DNA of 64,000 nucleotides, taken from NCBI GenBank assembly GCA_023818695.1, contig JAMWCF010000001.1, forward strand, positions 531,306 through 595,305, read 5' to 3'. The notes beneath the pieces are model-generated. The model saw only the letters and a program-made list of their open reading frames with translations. It was not told the origin of the DNA and did no database searches. Positions 18,303 to 27,716 of this stretch are shown here, in pieces (the stretch's first letter is position 1; the number at the start of each line of letters is the position of its first letter). The translations under genes and the position numbers were made by a program. The stretch comes from Candidatus Omnitrophota bacterium. GTDB lineage: Bacteria; Omnitrophota; Gorgyraeia; 1-14-0-20-64-10.

Positions 18303-20147
18303 CTACTTGGTCGATTTGGACAGGGCGATCTCTGCCCGCTTCAACCCTTGCTTGGCTTCTGGATGGTTCGGATCGAGCTCCAATACCTGCTGGAAATGAC
18401 TGATCGCCTCCTCGTAACGTCCCTGCCGCATCGCGGTCACGCCGCGCTGATAGATCTCCCGGATCGTCTGGAGCCGGTTCTTGGTCTTATCCCGCTCCAT
18501 CTGCTCAGCCAGCGCTTTCGCGTCGGTCGAGACCGCCGCTGACGGTTCCTCCTCCTTCGGGGAAACCGCTTTGACCGGTTCTTTTTTCGGTTCCGGCGCC
18601 GATTTTCTTTCAGGCGCTTCCCATCGTTCCCTTCGGGACGATTCTGTGCTCTGCGCCGGTTTCTTGGCTTCCGGAACCGACGTCCCCAATTGACGCCTCA
18701 AAACCTGCGCCTCCTGCGAAGCCTGTTCGGAAAGCTGCTTGGCTTCCATGGCCCGCTGCATGGCGGCCTGCGCCTCCTTGGCCAACTCCTGCTTCTTCGT
18801 CTCTTCAGCCATCTGCATGGCGGCCTGCGCCTGCTGCCTGGCCTGCTCGGCCTGCTGCATGGCCTCCTCCGCCTGCTTCTGGGCCGCTTCCACCTGATGC
18901 AGGGCTTCCGTCTTTTTCGTTTCCTCAGCGAGACGGTCGGTGGCTTTTCTAGCCGATTCTTCAGCCTCCCGAAGGGCTGCCGCTCGACGGTCCAGTTCGC
19001 TCTTCCACTTCTCGTATTCCATCTTCCTGATTGCCGCTAAACGGTCCGCCTCTTCCGCTGCCATCCGGGCCGCCGCAAGCCGTTTCTGCGCCTCCCCGGC
19101 CTTCCGGGCCGCCTCTTCGGCCCACCGCTTCGCCTGGTCGGCTTGACCGGTCGCCCCCTGCATCAGAAGGGCAGCGTCCATCGCCGCCATCAGAACATCC
19201 CGGTCCGGTCCTTTGTCGGCGCTGATCCCCTTTTCCGCCAGTATCTTCCTCGCCTTCTGGACATCACTTAAGCCACGCGCGGCCCCTTTATGCTTTGGAT
19301 CAATCTTCAGGGCGTTCTTGAACTCCTGCTCGGCCCAATCCAGCCGGCCCCCCTTCAGGTAAACCTGGCCCGCTTCATAAGCACGCTCAGCCTCCCTCTG
19401 CGGATCCGGCTTGAGTCCCTTCTCCTTCTTCCAATGGGTCAGCACCTCTTTGAGATGAGCGGCGGCCTTGGAATTTTTCGGATCCAACTCTAAGACCCGC
19501 TGAAACTCTTTCGCGGCCCTGTCCCAGCGCTTGGCCCGCATGTGCAGCTGGCCGTCTTTCAATGCCCTCTTGATCTCATCGGCCCGCTTGACCTTCATCT
19601 GTTCGGGGGTCAAAGGAACAGGCATGTTGTACTGAAGGAGTTTCTCCCGGGCCTGTTCCGTCCAGGGATCTCCGGCCGAACCGAGTTTGACCCGGTTCCC
19701 CCAGTGTTCGCCCGCTTCCTTGACCTTCCCCTGTTTTTCGTAAAGAAGGGCCAGGTTGGAATGGGCGGCGGCCAAGCCGGGATTAATCCGCAATGCTGTT
19801 TTGTAGCTGTTCTCGGCGTCGGCCAGTTTATTCCGGCTTTCCAAGATCACTCCGAGGTCGTTGTAGGCCTCGGCATAAAGGGGATGGGCGATAATCGCCT
19901 TCCTATAAGAGGCTTCCGCCGCGACCAGATTGCCTTCGGATTGATACTGATGTCCCTCGGCCCGGTAAAACTTGGCCTCATTCAGCAAGAGCTGCCCTGG
20001 CTTGGCGGCGCCGCCGGTCAGCAGCATGCAGGCAAAGAGAAAGAATCCGCAACGGCTTAAAGAAAAGAGTAAATGGGGAAAATGGCGGTTTCGATCCACA
20101 GAAACCCCGCGATGGTTGTTTTCGAAGTCTGACCTTATGATGTCCAT
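18303..20147 (-). CDS. TPR-repeat protein with long Ala/Glu/Gln/Lys-rich coiled-coil centre, possible lipoprotein
   Basis: TPR-like units at both ends (AEAYNDLGVILESRNKLADAENSYKTALRINP; YEEAISHFQQVLELDPNHPEAKQGL). The central ~200 aa are low-complexity helix. The N-terminal hydrophobic stretch ends in LFAC. ATG 20147 is chosen because the TTG at 20180 lies inside the predicted promoter spacer. Confidence 0.7.
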   Translation of the reverse strand: MDIIRSDFENNHRGVSVDRNRHFPHLLFSLSRCGFFLFACMLLTGGAAKPGQLLLNEAKFYRAEGHQYQSEGNLVAAEASYRKAIIAHPLYAEAYNDLGVILESRNKLADAENSYKTALRINPGLAAAHSNLALLYEKQGKVKEAGEHWGNRVKLGSAGDPWTEQAREKLLQYNMPVPLTPEQMKVKRADEIKRALKDGQLHMRAKRWDRAAKEFQRVLELDPKNSKAAAHLKEVLTHWKKEKGLKPDPQREAERAYEAGQVYLKGGRLDWAEQEFKNALKIDPKHKGAARGLSDVQKARKILAEKGISADKGPDRDVLMAAMDAALLMQGATGQADQAKRWAEEAARKAGEAQKRLAAARMAAEEADRLAAIRKMEYEKWKSELDRRAAALREAEESARKATDRLAEETKKTEALHQVEAAQKQAEEAMQQAEQARQQAQAAMQMAEETKKQELAKEAQAAMQRAMEAKQLSEQASQEAQVLRRQLGTSVPEAKKPAQSTESSRRERWEAPERKSAPEPKKEPVKAVSPKEEEPSAAVSTDAKALAEQMERDKTKNRLQTIREIYQRGVTAMRQGRYEEAISHFQQVLELDPNHPEAKQGLKRAEIALSKSTK

Positions 20148-20163
20148 CTCTCGGATATTGCTA

Positions 20164-20192
20164 AGTCTATATGACACCAAGGGTCATGTCAA
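20164..20192 (-). promoter_or_regulatory. candidate sigma70-type promoter of the TPR gene
   Basis: Minus strand TTGACA (20192..20187), 17-nt spacer, TAGACT (20169..20164). This is the same -10 hexamer as the rpsP candidate. Confidence 0.5.
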
Positions 20193-20216
20193 GAGCCAAA
20201 TCAATTTTAGCCATAT

Positions 20217-20942
20217 TTAACCCGTTTTCCCCAGGAAAAGGCGCAGAACTCCATGACCATCGGGAGGAGATTTTTGACCTGTGCCGTTGCCAATCTTCAA
20301 CAATGCAAAAACCGGCGCGGATCCAGGCGAACCCAAAGCGGACAGAACCGCCGCGCCGGTCGGCGTCGTTCTCTCGAACCTCTCCGCCAGGAGACGGGTC
20401 CGGAAATCCCGCAGAAGCAGACGGGTGGCCGGCCCCGGAGAAAAGATCTTCTCGCCATGATGCCCCAGATGGAAGCGCCCTATCGGGATATCGGAACAGT
20501 AGAGGGCCTTCACCTGAAAATGATCAAACCCGGCGCAGATGCCGGCCCAGACGGCGAGCGTGTCCGGCGTGCCGACCTGGTGAAAGCGCACGAGCGCCGG
20601 TGAAACGCCGTGCACCCTCGCTTCCGCCCGGGCCAGCGCGGAGAGAATCTTTTTGAGATTTTCCCGGATGGAACCGCTTAAACCGACGGCACCCCGCAGC
20701 CGCTGATAGCCGTCCGCAGCGCGCCGGAAAGAACCGTTGCCGGATCCCTCTTGGCGGAATATCACCCGAGCCGCTGCCTGCCCTTGCTTTTGAACCCGTT
20801 CCACGAAAAACCGCAAATGCGGCAGCCCGATGGCGTTGATAACCGAACGGACTCTCCGGGCGGGCAAACCCATATCCAGCAGGGCGGCCAACAGCATGTC
20901 GCCGCTGACGCCGGCGGAGGCGTCCAGATAAAGGATCTTCAT
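20217..20942 (-). CDS. larC: LarC-family (DUF111) nickel-insertion protein, N-terminal domain only (241 aa)
   Basis: Starts at an internal ATG overlapping the larB stop (ATGA). MKILYLDASAGVSGDMLLAALLDMG and HQVGTPDTLAVWAG resemble the LarC N-terminal domain. It ends about 150 aa short of full-length LarC. The track extension to 21419 overlaps larB out of frame. Confidence 0.7.
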   Translation of the reverse strand: MKILYLDASAGVSGDMLLAALLDMGLPARRVRSVINAIGLPHLRFFVERVQKQGQAAARVIFRQEGSGNGSFRRAADGYQRLRGAVGLSGSIRENLKKILSALARAEARVHGVSPALVRFHQVGTPDTLAVWAGICAGFDHFQVKALYCSDIPIGRFHLGHHGEKIFSPGPATRLLLRDFRTRLLAERFERTTPTGAAVLSALGSPGSAPVFALLKIGNGTGQKSPPDGHGVLRLFLGKTG

Positions 20943-21685
20943 CCGCCGGCGATCAGGGCGGCCAGGTACCCCGCCCCGAAACCGTTGTCGATGTTCACCA
21001 CCGAGACACCCGGAGAACAGCTGTTGAGCATCGTCAACAAAGGGGCCACCCCCTTGAAGGAGGCGCCGTAGCCGGTGCTGGTCGGAACCGCCACGACAGG
21101 GCATTTCACCAGACCGCTGATGACGCTCGGCAAGGCCCCGTCCATGCCGGCGATCACGATGATGACGGCGGCCCGCCGCAGCGTCCCTCTCTGCGCCAAA
21201 ATCCGGTGCAGGCCGGCCACCCCGACGTCGAAGATCCCCTGCGCGGCGCAGCCCATCCATCGAAGGGTCGCCATCGCCTCTTCCGCCACCGGCAGATCGG
21301 ACGTCCCGGCGGTGACGACGAGCACTTTCTTTTTGGATTTCGCGCCCGCGCGCGCTGAAACCCCATTCGTGGCAACCTGCGCTTGCGGATGATAGGAAAG
21401 CCATTCCAGCCGGCGGCATATCTGGCGGGCGGCCGCCGGGGTCAACTTCGTGATGAAAACCGGCTGCCCTGCTTCATGGAGGACTGACGCAATTCGGACG
21501 ATCTGCTGGACCGATTTCCCTTTGGCATAGATCACTTCCGGCGAACGCCGCCTTAAGAGGCGGTGGGTGTCCACCTTGGCGAAACGGAGATTTTTATAAG
21601 GAAGCTCGTTCAAAAAGTCCAGGACCTGCGCGCGGCTGACTCGACCGGCCTTGTACTGTGATAGGACCTGGCGCAAAGAGGGCAT
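20939..21685 (-). CDS. larB: nickel-pincer cofactor biosynthesis protein LarB (AIR-carboxylase-like)
   Basis: KVLVVTAGTSDLPVAEEA, VIIVIAGMDGALPSVISGL, VVAVPTSTGYGASFKG, VSVVNIDNGFGAG. Confidence 0.8.
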   Translation of the reverse strand: MPSLRQVLSQYKAGRVSRAQVLDFLNELPYKNLRFAKVDTHRLLRRRSPEVIYAKGKSVQQIVRIASVLHEAGQPVFITKLTPAAARQICRRLEWLSYHPQAQVATNGVSARAGAKSKKKVLVVTAGTSDLPVAEEAMATLRWMGCAAQGIFDVGVAGLHRILAQRGTLRRAAVIIVIAGMDGALPSVISGLVKCPVVAVPTSTGYGASFKGVAPLLTMLNSCSPGVSVVNIDNGFGAGYLAALIAGG

Positions 21686-21692
21686 CGGCGGA

Positions 21693-21995
21693 TTAAAGGG
21701 CGTAAATAACCGCCAAAAGGGTCAAAATGAGAAGAATGCCGATGATATAGAAATCGTTGAAGTAAAGAAAGTCCAGCCATCGGTCCCCGCTGCCCCGAAC
21801 GGCCGGCTTCGGCGGCGGCTGCAACCGGCCGCCAAGCGCCTCCACATCCCGCAGCCGCAGCCGGACCATGTTGCCGCCCAGGCGGAAAACCTCCAGGCGG
21901 CCCTGCCGGATGAGGTTCTGCACTTCCTGAACCGACTTTCCCAGACGGCGGGCCGATTCTTCAATGCTTAAGAGCTTTTCTGGCTGGCCACCCAT
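21693..21995 (-). CDS. excisionase-type HTH domain protein with C-terminal transmembrane helix
   Basis: LSIEESARRLGKSVQEVQNLIRQGRLEVFRLGGNMVRLRLRDVEAL (HTH_17-like), followed by a Pro-rich linker and a hydrophobic tail FYIIGILLILTLLAVIYAL. Confidence 0.6.
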   Translation of the reverse strand: MGGQPEKLLSIEESARRLGKSVQEVQNLIRQGRLEVFRLGGNMVRLRLRDVEALGGRLQPPPKPAVRGSGDRWLDFLYFNDFYIIGILLILTLLAVIYAL

Positions 21996-22498
21996 TGATC
22001 GATTTTCGTCCGGTCAAACCACCACCGGCCCTGCTCCTGGCTGCCTGGAATCTTCCCTTCCCGGGCCCACTGTTCCAACAAACGGCTTTCCACTTCCAGA
22101 TACTCCGCCACTTCATCCAAGCTCATGTTCTGCTGGGTCTCCGCCATATGGATCTCCCCATCCAAACGGGCCCCCTGCTCCACTTCGAGAACGGGGGTCC
22201 AGACCTCCCCGGTCACCAGAGCCGGCGGAACCAGCCGCAGCGAATTCTTTGCGATCAGCTTGCCGTTGACCCGGCCGGCGACGATAACCTCCTCCCCGGT
22301 GATGTCGGCTTGGACGACCGCCTCATCGCCGATGGTCAGGGATCCCCTCGTCTGAAGGGTCCCCTGGAACCGCCCGCTGATCCGCAACGAAACCGGCTCC
22401 TGAAAAACGAGGGAACCCTGCATGCTGGCCGTCACATCCAAAACCCGGTCCCCGGATTCCGGGGCCGGTTTTCCCTTGCCTTTGCCCATTATCGCCAT
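21968..22498 (-). CDS. bactofilin-domain protein fused to a C-terminal excisionase-type HTH domain
   Basis: Bactofilin beta-helix pattern (SLVFQEPVSLRISGRFQGTLQTRGSLTIGDEAVVQADITGEEVIVAGRVNGKLIAKNSLRLVPPALVTGEVWTPVLEVEQGARLDGEIHM). It is followed by MSLDEVAEYLEVESRLLEQWAREGKIPGSQEQGRWWFDRTKIDQWV. SD GGAGG lies upstream. Confidence 0.7.
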   Translation of the reverse strand: MAIMGKGKGKPAPESGDRVLDVTASMQGSLVFQEPVSLRISGRFQGTLQTRGSLTIGDEAVVQADITGEEVIVAGRVNGKLIAKNSLRLVPPALVTGEVWTPVLEVEQGARLDGEIHMAETQQNMSLDEVAEYLEVESRLLEQWAREGKIPGSQEQGRWWFDRTKIDQWVASQKSS

Positions 22499-22525
22499 CG
22501 TTTTTCCCTCCTCGTGGAGATCGGT

Positions 22526-22993
22526 TTAGACATCTTCCTTCAGTTCCTGTTCCTGCCTTTTGCTCTTGACGACATGCCGTTCCAGACGGGAGAGGAGGAA
22601 CAGCACGATGAGGACCATGGCCGTCGCGGCGATAGCTCCGACGTAGAATCCGGTCCCCACGGCCAGCCCGATTCCCGCCGCGACCCACAGAGAAGCGGCC
22701 GTCGTCAGACCTCGGATGGCGTCGCGCACCTGGATGATCGTGCCGGCTCCGAGAAATCCGATCCCGCTGACGACCTGCGCGGCGACGCGGCCCGGATCGA
22801 TGCCGGCTCCGGTCGACCGGTAGGCCTCGAAGAGATAGATGGATGTCAGCATGATCAGCGTGGAACCGACGCACACCAGGATATGGGTCCGGAATCCGGC
22901 GGCCCGTCCGCTCACCTCCCGCTCCAGACCCACCAGGCCGCTTAAAACAAGCGCCGCGAACAGACGGGTGACAACCTCGAAGTCGGATATCAT
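22526..22993 (-). CDS. MgtC/SapB family membrane protein
   Basis: RLFAALVLSGLVGLEREVSGRAAGFRTHILVCVGSTLIM and AAQVVSGIGFLGAGTII are typical MgtC blocks. Confidence 0.85.
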   Translation of the reverse strand: MISDFEVVTRLFAALVLSGLVGLEREVSGRAAGFRTHILVCVGSTLIMLTSIYLFEAYRSTGAGIDPGRVAAQVVSGIGFLGAGTIIQVRDAIRGLTTAASLWVAAGIGLAVGTGFYVGAIAATAMVLIVLFLLSRLERHVVKSKRQEQELKEDV

Positions 22994-22996
22994 CGG

Positions 22997-24046
22997 TTAG
23001 TTCATTCCCATGGCTAGGTCCGGAACAGCCGTCAGTTCGGCGGCCGTCGCCGGATCAAGTAAAAATCCCAGACCGGCGATCATCGCCCCATTGTCGGTGC
23101 ACAGTCCCATCGGCGGAATGGCCACCTCTATCTTGGAATCCCCGCAAACCTCCTTCAGCCGTTCTCGCAGCGGCCGGTTGGCGATGACGCCGCCTCCGAC
23201 GACCAGCCGGGAAACCCGCAGCGACCGGCACGCCTTAACCGACTTCATCACGACCTCATCCACCACAGCCCTCTGAAAACTGGCGGCCAGATCGGCCACC
23301 AATTCCGGCTTCAGGGACTGCGCCGCGGGAAGCTTCGGACCCGAGACGCCCCGCTCCGGGGAGGGCCGCTGCACCGTGTAAAGGACCGCCGTCTTGATCC
23401 CGCTGAAGGAAAAATCGTAATCGGACCCCCCCTTGATTTTCGGGACAGAAAACCGGTAGGCCCTGTCGTTGCCCAGACGCGCCGTCTTCTCAATCTCCGG
23501 GCCGCCGGGAAACCCCAGTCCCAGGAGTTTCGCCACCTTGTCAAAGGCCTCCCCCACCGCGTCGTCCCGGGTCTGGCCCAAGAGGGAGAACCGACTCATC
23601 CCTTTCATCTGGACGAGAGCGGTGTGCCCGCCCGAAATCACCAGGCCGACCATCGGTTCATCCAGCGGCCATTGCGGCAGACCCATCACCGCCGCATAAA
23701 GATGAGCATGAAGGTGGTTCACCCTGACGACCGGTTTTTTCCAGATCCATCCCAGCGATTTGGCGGCGATGACACCCGCCAACAGCGACCCGGGCAAACC
23801 CGGCCCGCAGGTGACGGCGATCCGGTCGATGTCGCGGCCACTGACCCCGGCATCGGAAAGGAGCGTTTCCAGCTCGCAGGTGAAAAGCTCGACGTGGGCG
23901 CGGCTTGCGATTTCAGGTACGACCCCGCCAAAGCGCTGGTGGGAGGCGATGCTCGAAACCATCTGGGTTCCTCTGATCCAGCGGCCGTTTTCCACCAGGG
24001 CAAGCGCGGTTTCGTCACATGAGGTTTCAATCCCTAAGATCAGCAT
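22997..24046 (-). CDS. tsaD: tRNA N6-adenosine threonylcarbamoyltransferase TsaD
   Basis: Starts at an internal ATG (MLILGIETSCDETALALV). VNHLHAHLYA metal-binding histidines, ISGGHTALV, GGGVIANRPLRE. Confidence 0.92.
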   Translation of the reverse strand: MLILGIETSCDETALALVENGRWIRGTQMVSSIASHQRFGGVVPEIASRAHVELFTCELETLLSDAGVSGRDIDRIAVTCGPGLPGSLLAGVIAAKSLGWIWKKPVVRVNHLHAHLYAAVMGLPQWPLDEPMVGLVISGGHTALVQMKGMSRFSLLGQTRDDAVGEAFDKVAKLLGLGFPGGPEIEKTARLGNDRAYRFSVPKIKGGSDYDFSFSGIKTAVLYTVQRPSPERGVSGPKLPAAQSLKPELVADLAASFQRAVVDEVVMKSVKACRSLRVSRLVVGGGVIANRPLRERLKEVCGDSKIEVAIPPMGLCTDNGAMIAGLGFLLDPATAAELTAVPDLAMGMN

Positions 24047-24128
24047 GGACCGGAATGTGGATGCGTGAATGAATGACCGACACAACCAGAATACCACGCG
24101 ATGCCCTGAACAGACAAGCTCTCCCGCG

Positions 24129-25010
24129 TCATTCGGGGACGGACGCCAATTCGGAAACGGGCACGACGTCATAACCGGCCTCCTCGAGGGCCGGCAGCAG
24201 TTCCTTCAACACCGCGAGGGTGGCCGGTCGGTCATGACCGATCCCCACCGCCGCCCCTTCCCGGGAAGCCGCTGCGGCCAGTTCGGTCAGCTGTTTCCGG
24301 ATCGAAACGGGGCTGGCGCTGTTGTCCAAAAACACGGATCGCCGCGCGAAAGGAATCTCGAGCTCTCTGGCGACCTCCCGGCAGATGGAACGTTCCGTGA
24401 CGTAGCTGTCCACGAAGAAAAGACCCCGGCGCTTGACGTCTTCCAAAACAAGCTTCATCAGCTTCCGGTCCGCGGTCGCTTTCGATCCCTGATGGTTGTT
24501 GATCCCCCGCGCGTAAGGGACGGTGGAAAGGGATTTCTCCAGCCGGCGCGACACCTCTTTTTTGGACATGCCGGCGCAGATCGTCGCCTCTTCCCTGGGG
24601 GCGCCGGCATCCTCCGGTTCCATCGGTATGTGAAGCATCACTTCATGCCCGCCGGAACGGGCTGCCAGCGCGACATCCTCCGAATGAGGCAGTCCTGGCA
24701 GAATCGAAATGGCCAGCGGCTGCCGGATCGTCTTCAGCGAGGAGATATGCCGGCTGCTATATCCCCAATCATCCAGGACGATGGCAATTTTTCCCTTCCC
24801 TCGCGGAAACCGGAACGCGGGCGCCGCTTGACGGGAGGGAACCGGCCCGCGGATCTGCGCGACGGCCGGCGCGGGGACCTTCTTTTTTTTCGGAACGGAG
24901 GCGGCGCGGGGAGCGGCTCCGGCCGCGTAAAAAAGACCCGCCAGCACCGACAGAAAAACAAGAAGGCCCGCCACACCGGTGCGAAGGGGTGGCTGCGGCG
25001 GCGGCTTCAC
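24129..25010 (-). CDS. divergent polysaccharide deacetylase family protein (YibQ-like)
   Basis: GTG start and an N-terminal membrane anchor. KIAIVLDDWGYS, AISILPGLPHSEDVA, EVMLHIPMEP, GINNHQGSKAT. Confidence 0.75.
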   Translation of the reverse strand: MKPPPQPPLRTGVAGLLVFLSVLAGLFYAAGAAPRAASVPKKKKVPAPAVAQIRGPVPSRQAAPAFRFPRGKGKIAIVLDDWGYSSRHISSLKTIRQPLAISILPGLPHSEDVALAARSGGHEVMLHIPMEPEDAGAPREEATICAGMSKKEVSRRLEKSLSTVPYARGINNHQGSKATADRKLMKLVLEDVKRRGLFFVDSYVTERSICREVARELEIPFARRSVFLDNSASPVSIRKQLTELAAAASREGAAVGIGHDRPATLAVLKELLPALEEAGYDVVPVSELASVPE

Positions 25011-25014
25011 GGAA

Positions 25015-26259
25015 TCAACGGACGATCTTATAGACCTTGATGCCCTTCAACAGATCCACCGCCCGCAGAACCACCGGATCGGCAACCTGTTCCGGGAGCC
25101 CCTCGCCGGGGATCTCCGGTTGCTCCTTCTCCGGAACGGCCGGCGGCTGCTCTTTGTTGACGCTGACATCTGGTTCAAGACCCGCGCCGTGGATCGTTTT
25201 GCCGGAGGGGGTGTAGTAAAGAGATGTGGTCAAACGGATGGCGGAGCCGTCTTTCAGCGGCATGACGGTTTGGACCGACCCCTTGCCGAAACTTTTTGTC
25301 CCCATCAGAATCCCTCTTTCATGGTCCCGAAGGGCCCCGGCGACGATTTCGGAAGCGGAGGCGGAGCCGCCGTTGATCAAAACGACGATCGGAAACTCCA
25401 GATGCGGATTCTCCAGCTCGGCATAATATTCCTTGTCCTGGTTTTTGATCCGACCCTTGATGGAAACAATGAGGGACCCTTTCGGAAGGAAAACGGACGC
25501 CACCTCCACGGCGACATCCAGTAAACCGCCTGGATTGTTTCTCAAATCAAGGATGAGCCCGTCCAGCTCCCCCTTGTCCAGTTGTTCCATCGTCCTTTTC
25601 AAATCCCGCCCTGTCCCATCCTGGAATTCCGCAATCCGGACATAGGCGATCTGCCCGTCGACCAGTTTCGCCTCCTTGACGGACTGGATCTTGATGACGG
25701 CCCGGGTCAGGGTGAAGTCCAGCATCTTGCTGTCGGTCTCCCTGAAGACCGATAACTCCACTTTCGTTCCCGGCCGTCCTCGGAGACGCTTGACCGCTTC
25801 ATGCAGCGAAATGCCGCGCGTCGACTGGCCGTCGATCTTGACGATCTTGTCGTTCGGCCGTAAACCCGCCTTCGAGGAAGGGGTATCGTCGATCGGCGCC
25901 ACGACCGTCAGGTAGTCGTCCTTGGAGATCGTGATCTCCAGCCCCACCCCGCCGAACTCCCCCTTCGTTTCCACCTGCATCTCGGTGAAAGCGGCCGGGT
26001 CCATGAACTGGCTGTGCCGGTCCAGTGACTCCACGAGTCCTTTCAGGGCCCCGTAGATGAGCCGCTTCGGTTCCACCTCATTCACGTAATCGGACTGAAT
26101 GATGGTGATCGCCTCCGCCAACAGCTCCACCTGGTCATAGAGCGCCTCCACGGTTGACTTCTGGGCGGACAGCTCCCTTTGGGCGAAGCACAGCAGCCCG
26201 ATGGAACCGACCAGACAAACCGTCAGCACAATTACAGACCGTCGATAAAAACGGATCAC
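25015..26259 (-). CDS. ctpA: S41 family carboxyl-terminal processing peptidase
   Basis: PDZ region followed by VLINGGSASASEIVAGALRD (Ser nucleophile) and GTKSFGKGSVQTV (Lys). Confidence 0.9.
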   Translation of the reverse strand: MIRFYRRSVIVLTVCLVGSIGLLCFAQRELSAQKSTVEALYDQVELLAEAITIIQSDYVNEVEPKRLIYGALKGLVESLDRHSQFMDPAAFTEMQVETKGEFGGVGLEITISKDDYLTVVAPIDDTPSSKAGLRPNDKIVKIDGQSTRGISLHEAVKRLRGRPGTKVELSVFRETDSKMLDFTLTRAVIKIQSVKEAKLVDGQIAYVRIAEFQDGTGRDLKRTMEQLDKGELDGLILDLRNNPGGLLDVAVEVASVFLPKGSLIVSIKGRIKNQDKEYYAELENPHLEFPIVVLINGGSASASEIVAGALRDHERGILMGTKSFGKGSVQTVMPLKDGSAIRLTTSLYYTPSGKTIHGAGLEPDVSVNKEQPPAVPEKEQPEIPGEGLPEQVADPVVLRAVDLLKGIKVYKIVR

Positions 26260-27716
26260 GAGTTTTCTCCTCCTAATAGTTCTTTCAGGATTTCCTGGGA
26301 AATGGCCGGGCTGGCGGCCCCCTTGGTCTTCTTCATCAGCTGTCCCACCATGAACATCAGCGCCTGGGCCTTGCCGTTTCGGAAATCTTCGGCCGCCTTC
26401 GGTTGTTCCTGGATGACCGCCAAAGCCGCCTCTCTAATCGCCTGCCGGTCGGTGACCTGCGACATCCCCTTGGCGGCCACGACCGCGGCCGGCGATTTCT
26501 TGGAGGCCAAAGACTCGATAAAGACCTCCTTAGCCATCTTCCCGCTGATGGCGCCGGATTCAACCAGGCCGATTAACTCGATTAAAGAGGAGGGCGGAAA
26601 CCCCAGCGCCTGAATGTTCTCAAGCCCCCGCTCGTTGATCTCCCGGCTGATGTCGCTGACGATCCAGTTCGCGAAGACTTTCCCCCTCTTGTTCTCGACC
26701 GGCGCCGGCAGGGCCTTCACACACTGCTCAAAATAATCGGCCGTCGCCTTCTCCGCCGTCAACTGACGGGCATCCGCCGGGGGCAGGCCGTACGCCGCCA
26801 TGAAGCGCCGCGCCCGCTGGGCCGGCAATTCCGGCAGCGCGGCGCGCACCGCTTCGACCTCCTCCGTGGACACCGAGAACGGGACCAGGTCTGGTTCCGG
26901 GAAATACCGGTAGTCATGGGCGAACTCCTTGCTTCTCATACCCTGGGTAACGCCCTTTACATCATCCCACAATCGGGTCTCCTGGACAACGCGTCCCCCT
27001 TCTTCCAAAATTTCGCCCTGCCTGCGAATCTCATACGACAAGGAGCGGGCAACCGCCTTGAACGAGTTGAGATTTTTGATCTCCACCTTGGCGCCCAAAA
27101 CGTCCGGCTGGGGACGCAGCGACACGTTGGCATCGCACCGCAGAGACCCTTTTTCCATGTCGCAGTCGGACACCTCGAGGTACTGGAGGATCCCCTTGAG
27201 CGTTTTCAGGTAGGCGTAGGCCTCCTCCGGCGAACAGAGATCCGGTTCGCTGACGATCTCCAGCAGAGGAATGCCGCATCGATTGTAATCTACCAAACTC
27301 GCCGGCTCCCCCTCCTTGTGGATCAGCTTGCCGGCATCCTCCTCCATGTGAACCCTGTTGATCCGGACCTTTTTGTTCTCCAGATCGACGAAACCGCTGG
27401 AGCCCAGCGGCAGGTCGTACTGGGAAATCTGGAAGGCCTTCGGCAGGTCCGGGTAAAAATAATTCTTCCGGTGGAAAACGATTTTCGGCTGAATGGAGCA
27501 GTTCAAACCCAGCGCCACCCGGATCCCGTAGCGCAGAACCTGCCTGTTGAGAACCGGCAGAACCCCGGGGAACCCCAGGCAGACCGGGCAAACCTGGCTG
27601 TTGGGCGGCGCTCCAAACCGGGTCGGGCAGCCGCAGAAAATCTTGGTGGCGGTGTTCAGTTGCAGGTGCACCTCCAGCCCGATGACGACGGCTGAATCGG
27701 CTGTCTGTCGGCTCAT
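26256..27716 (-). CDS. gatB: Asp-tRNA(Asn)/Glu-tRNA(Gln) amidotransferase subunit B
   Basis: Starts at an internal ATG overlapping the gatA stop (ATGA). [45 protein letters not shown]. Confidence 0.93.
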   Translation of the reverse strand: MSRQTADSAVVIGLEVHLQLNTATKIFCGCPTRFGAPPNSQVCPVCLGFPGVLPVLNRQVLRYGIRVALGLNCSIQPKIVFHRKNYFYPDLPKAFQISQYDLPLGSSGFVDLENKKVRINRVHMEEDAGKLIHKEGEPASLVDYNRCGIPLLEIVSEPDLCSPEEAYAYLKTLKGILQYLEVSDCDMEKGSLRCDANVSLRPQPDVLGAKVEIKNLNSFKAVARSLSYEIRRQGEILEEGGRVVQETRLWDDVKGVTQGMRSKEFAHDYRYFPEPDLVPFSVSTEEVEAVRAALPELPAQRARRFMAAYGLPPADARQLTAEKATADYFEQCVKALPAPVENKRGKVFANWIVSDISREINERGLENIQALGFPPSSLIELIGLVESGAISGKMAKEVFIESLASKKSPAAVVAAKGMSQVTDRQAIREAALAVIQEQPKAAEDFRNGKAQALMFMVGQLMKKTKGAASPAISQEILKELLGGENS

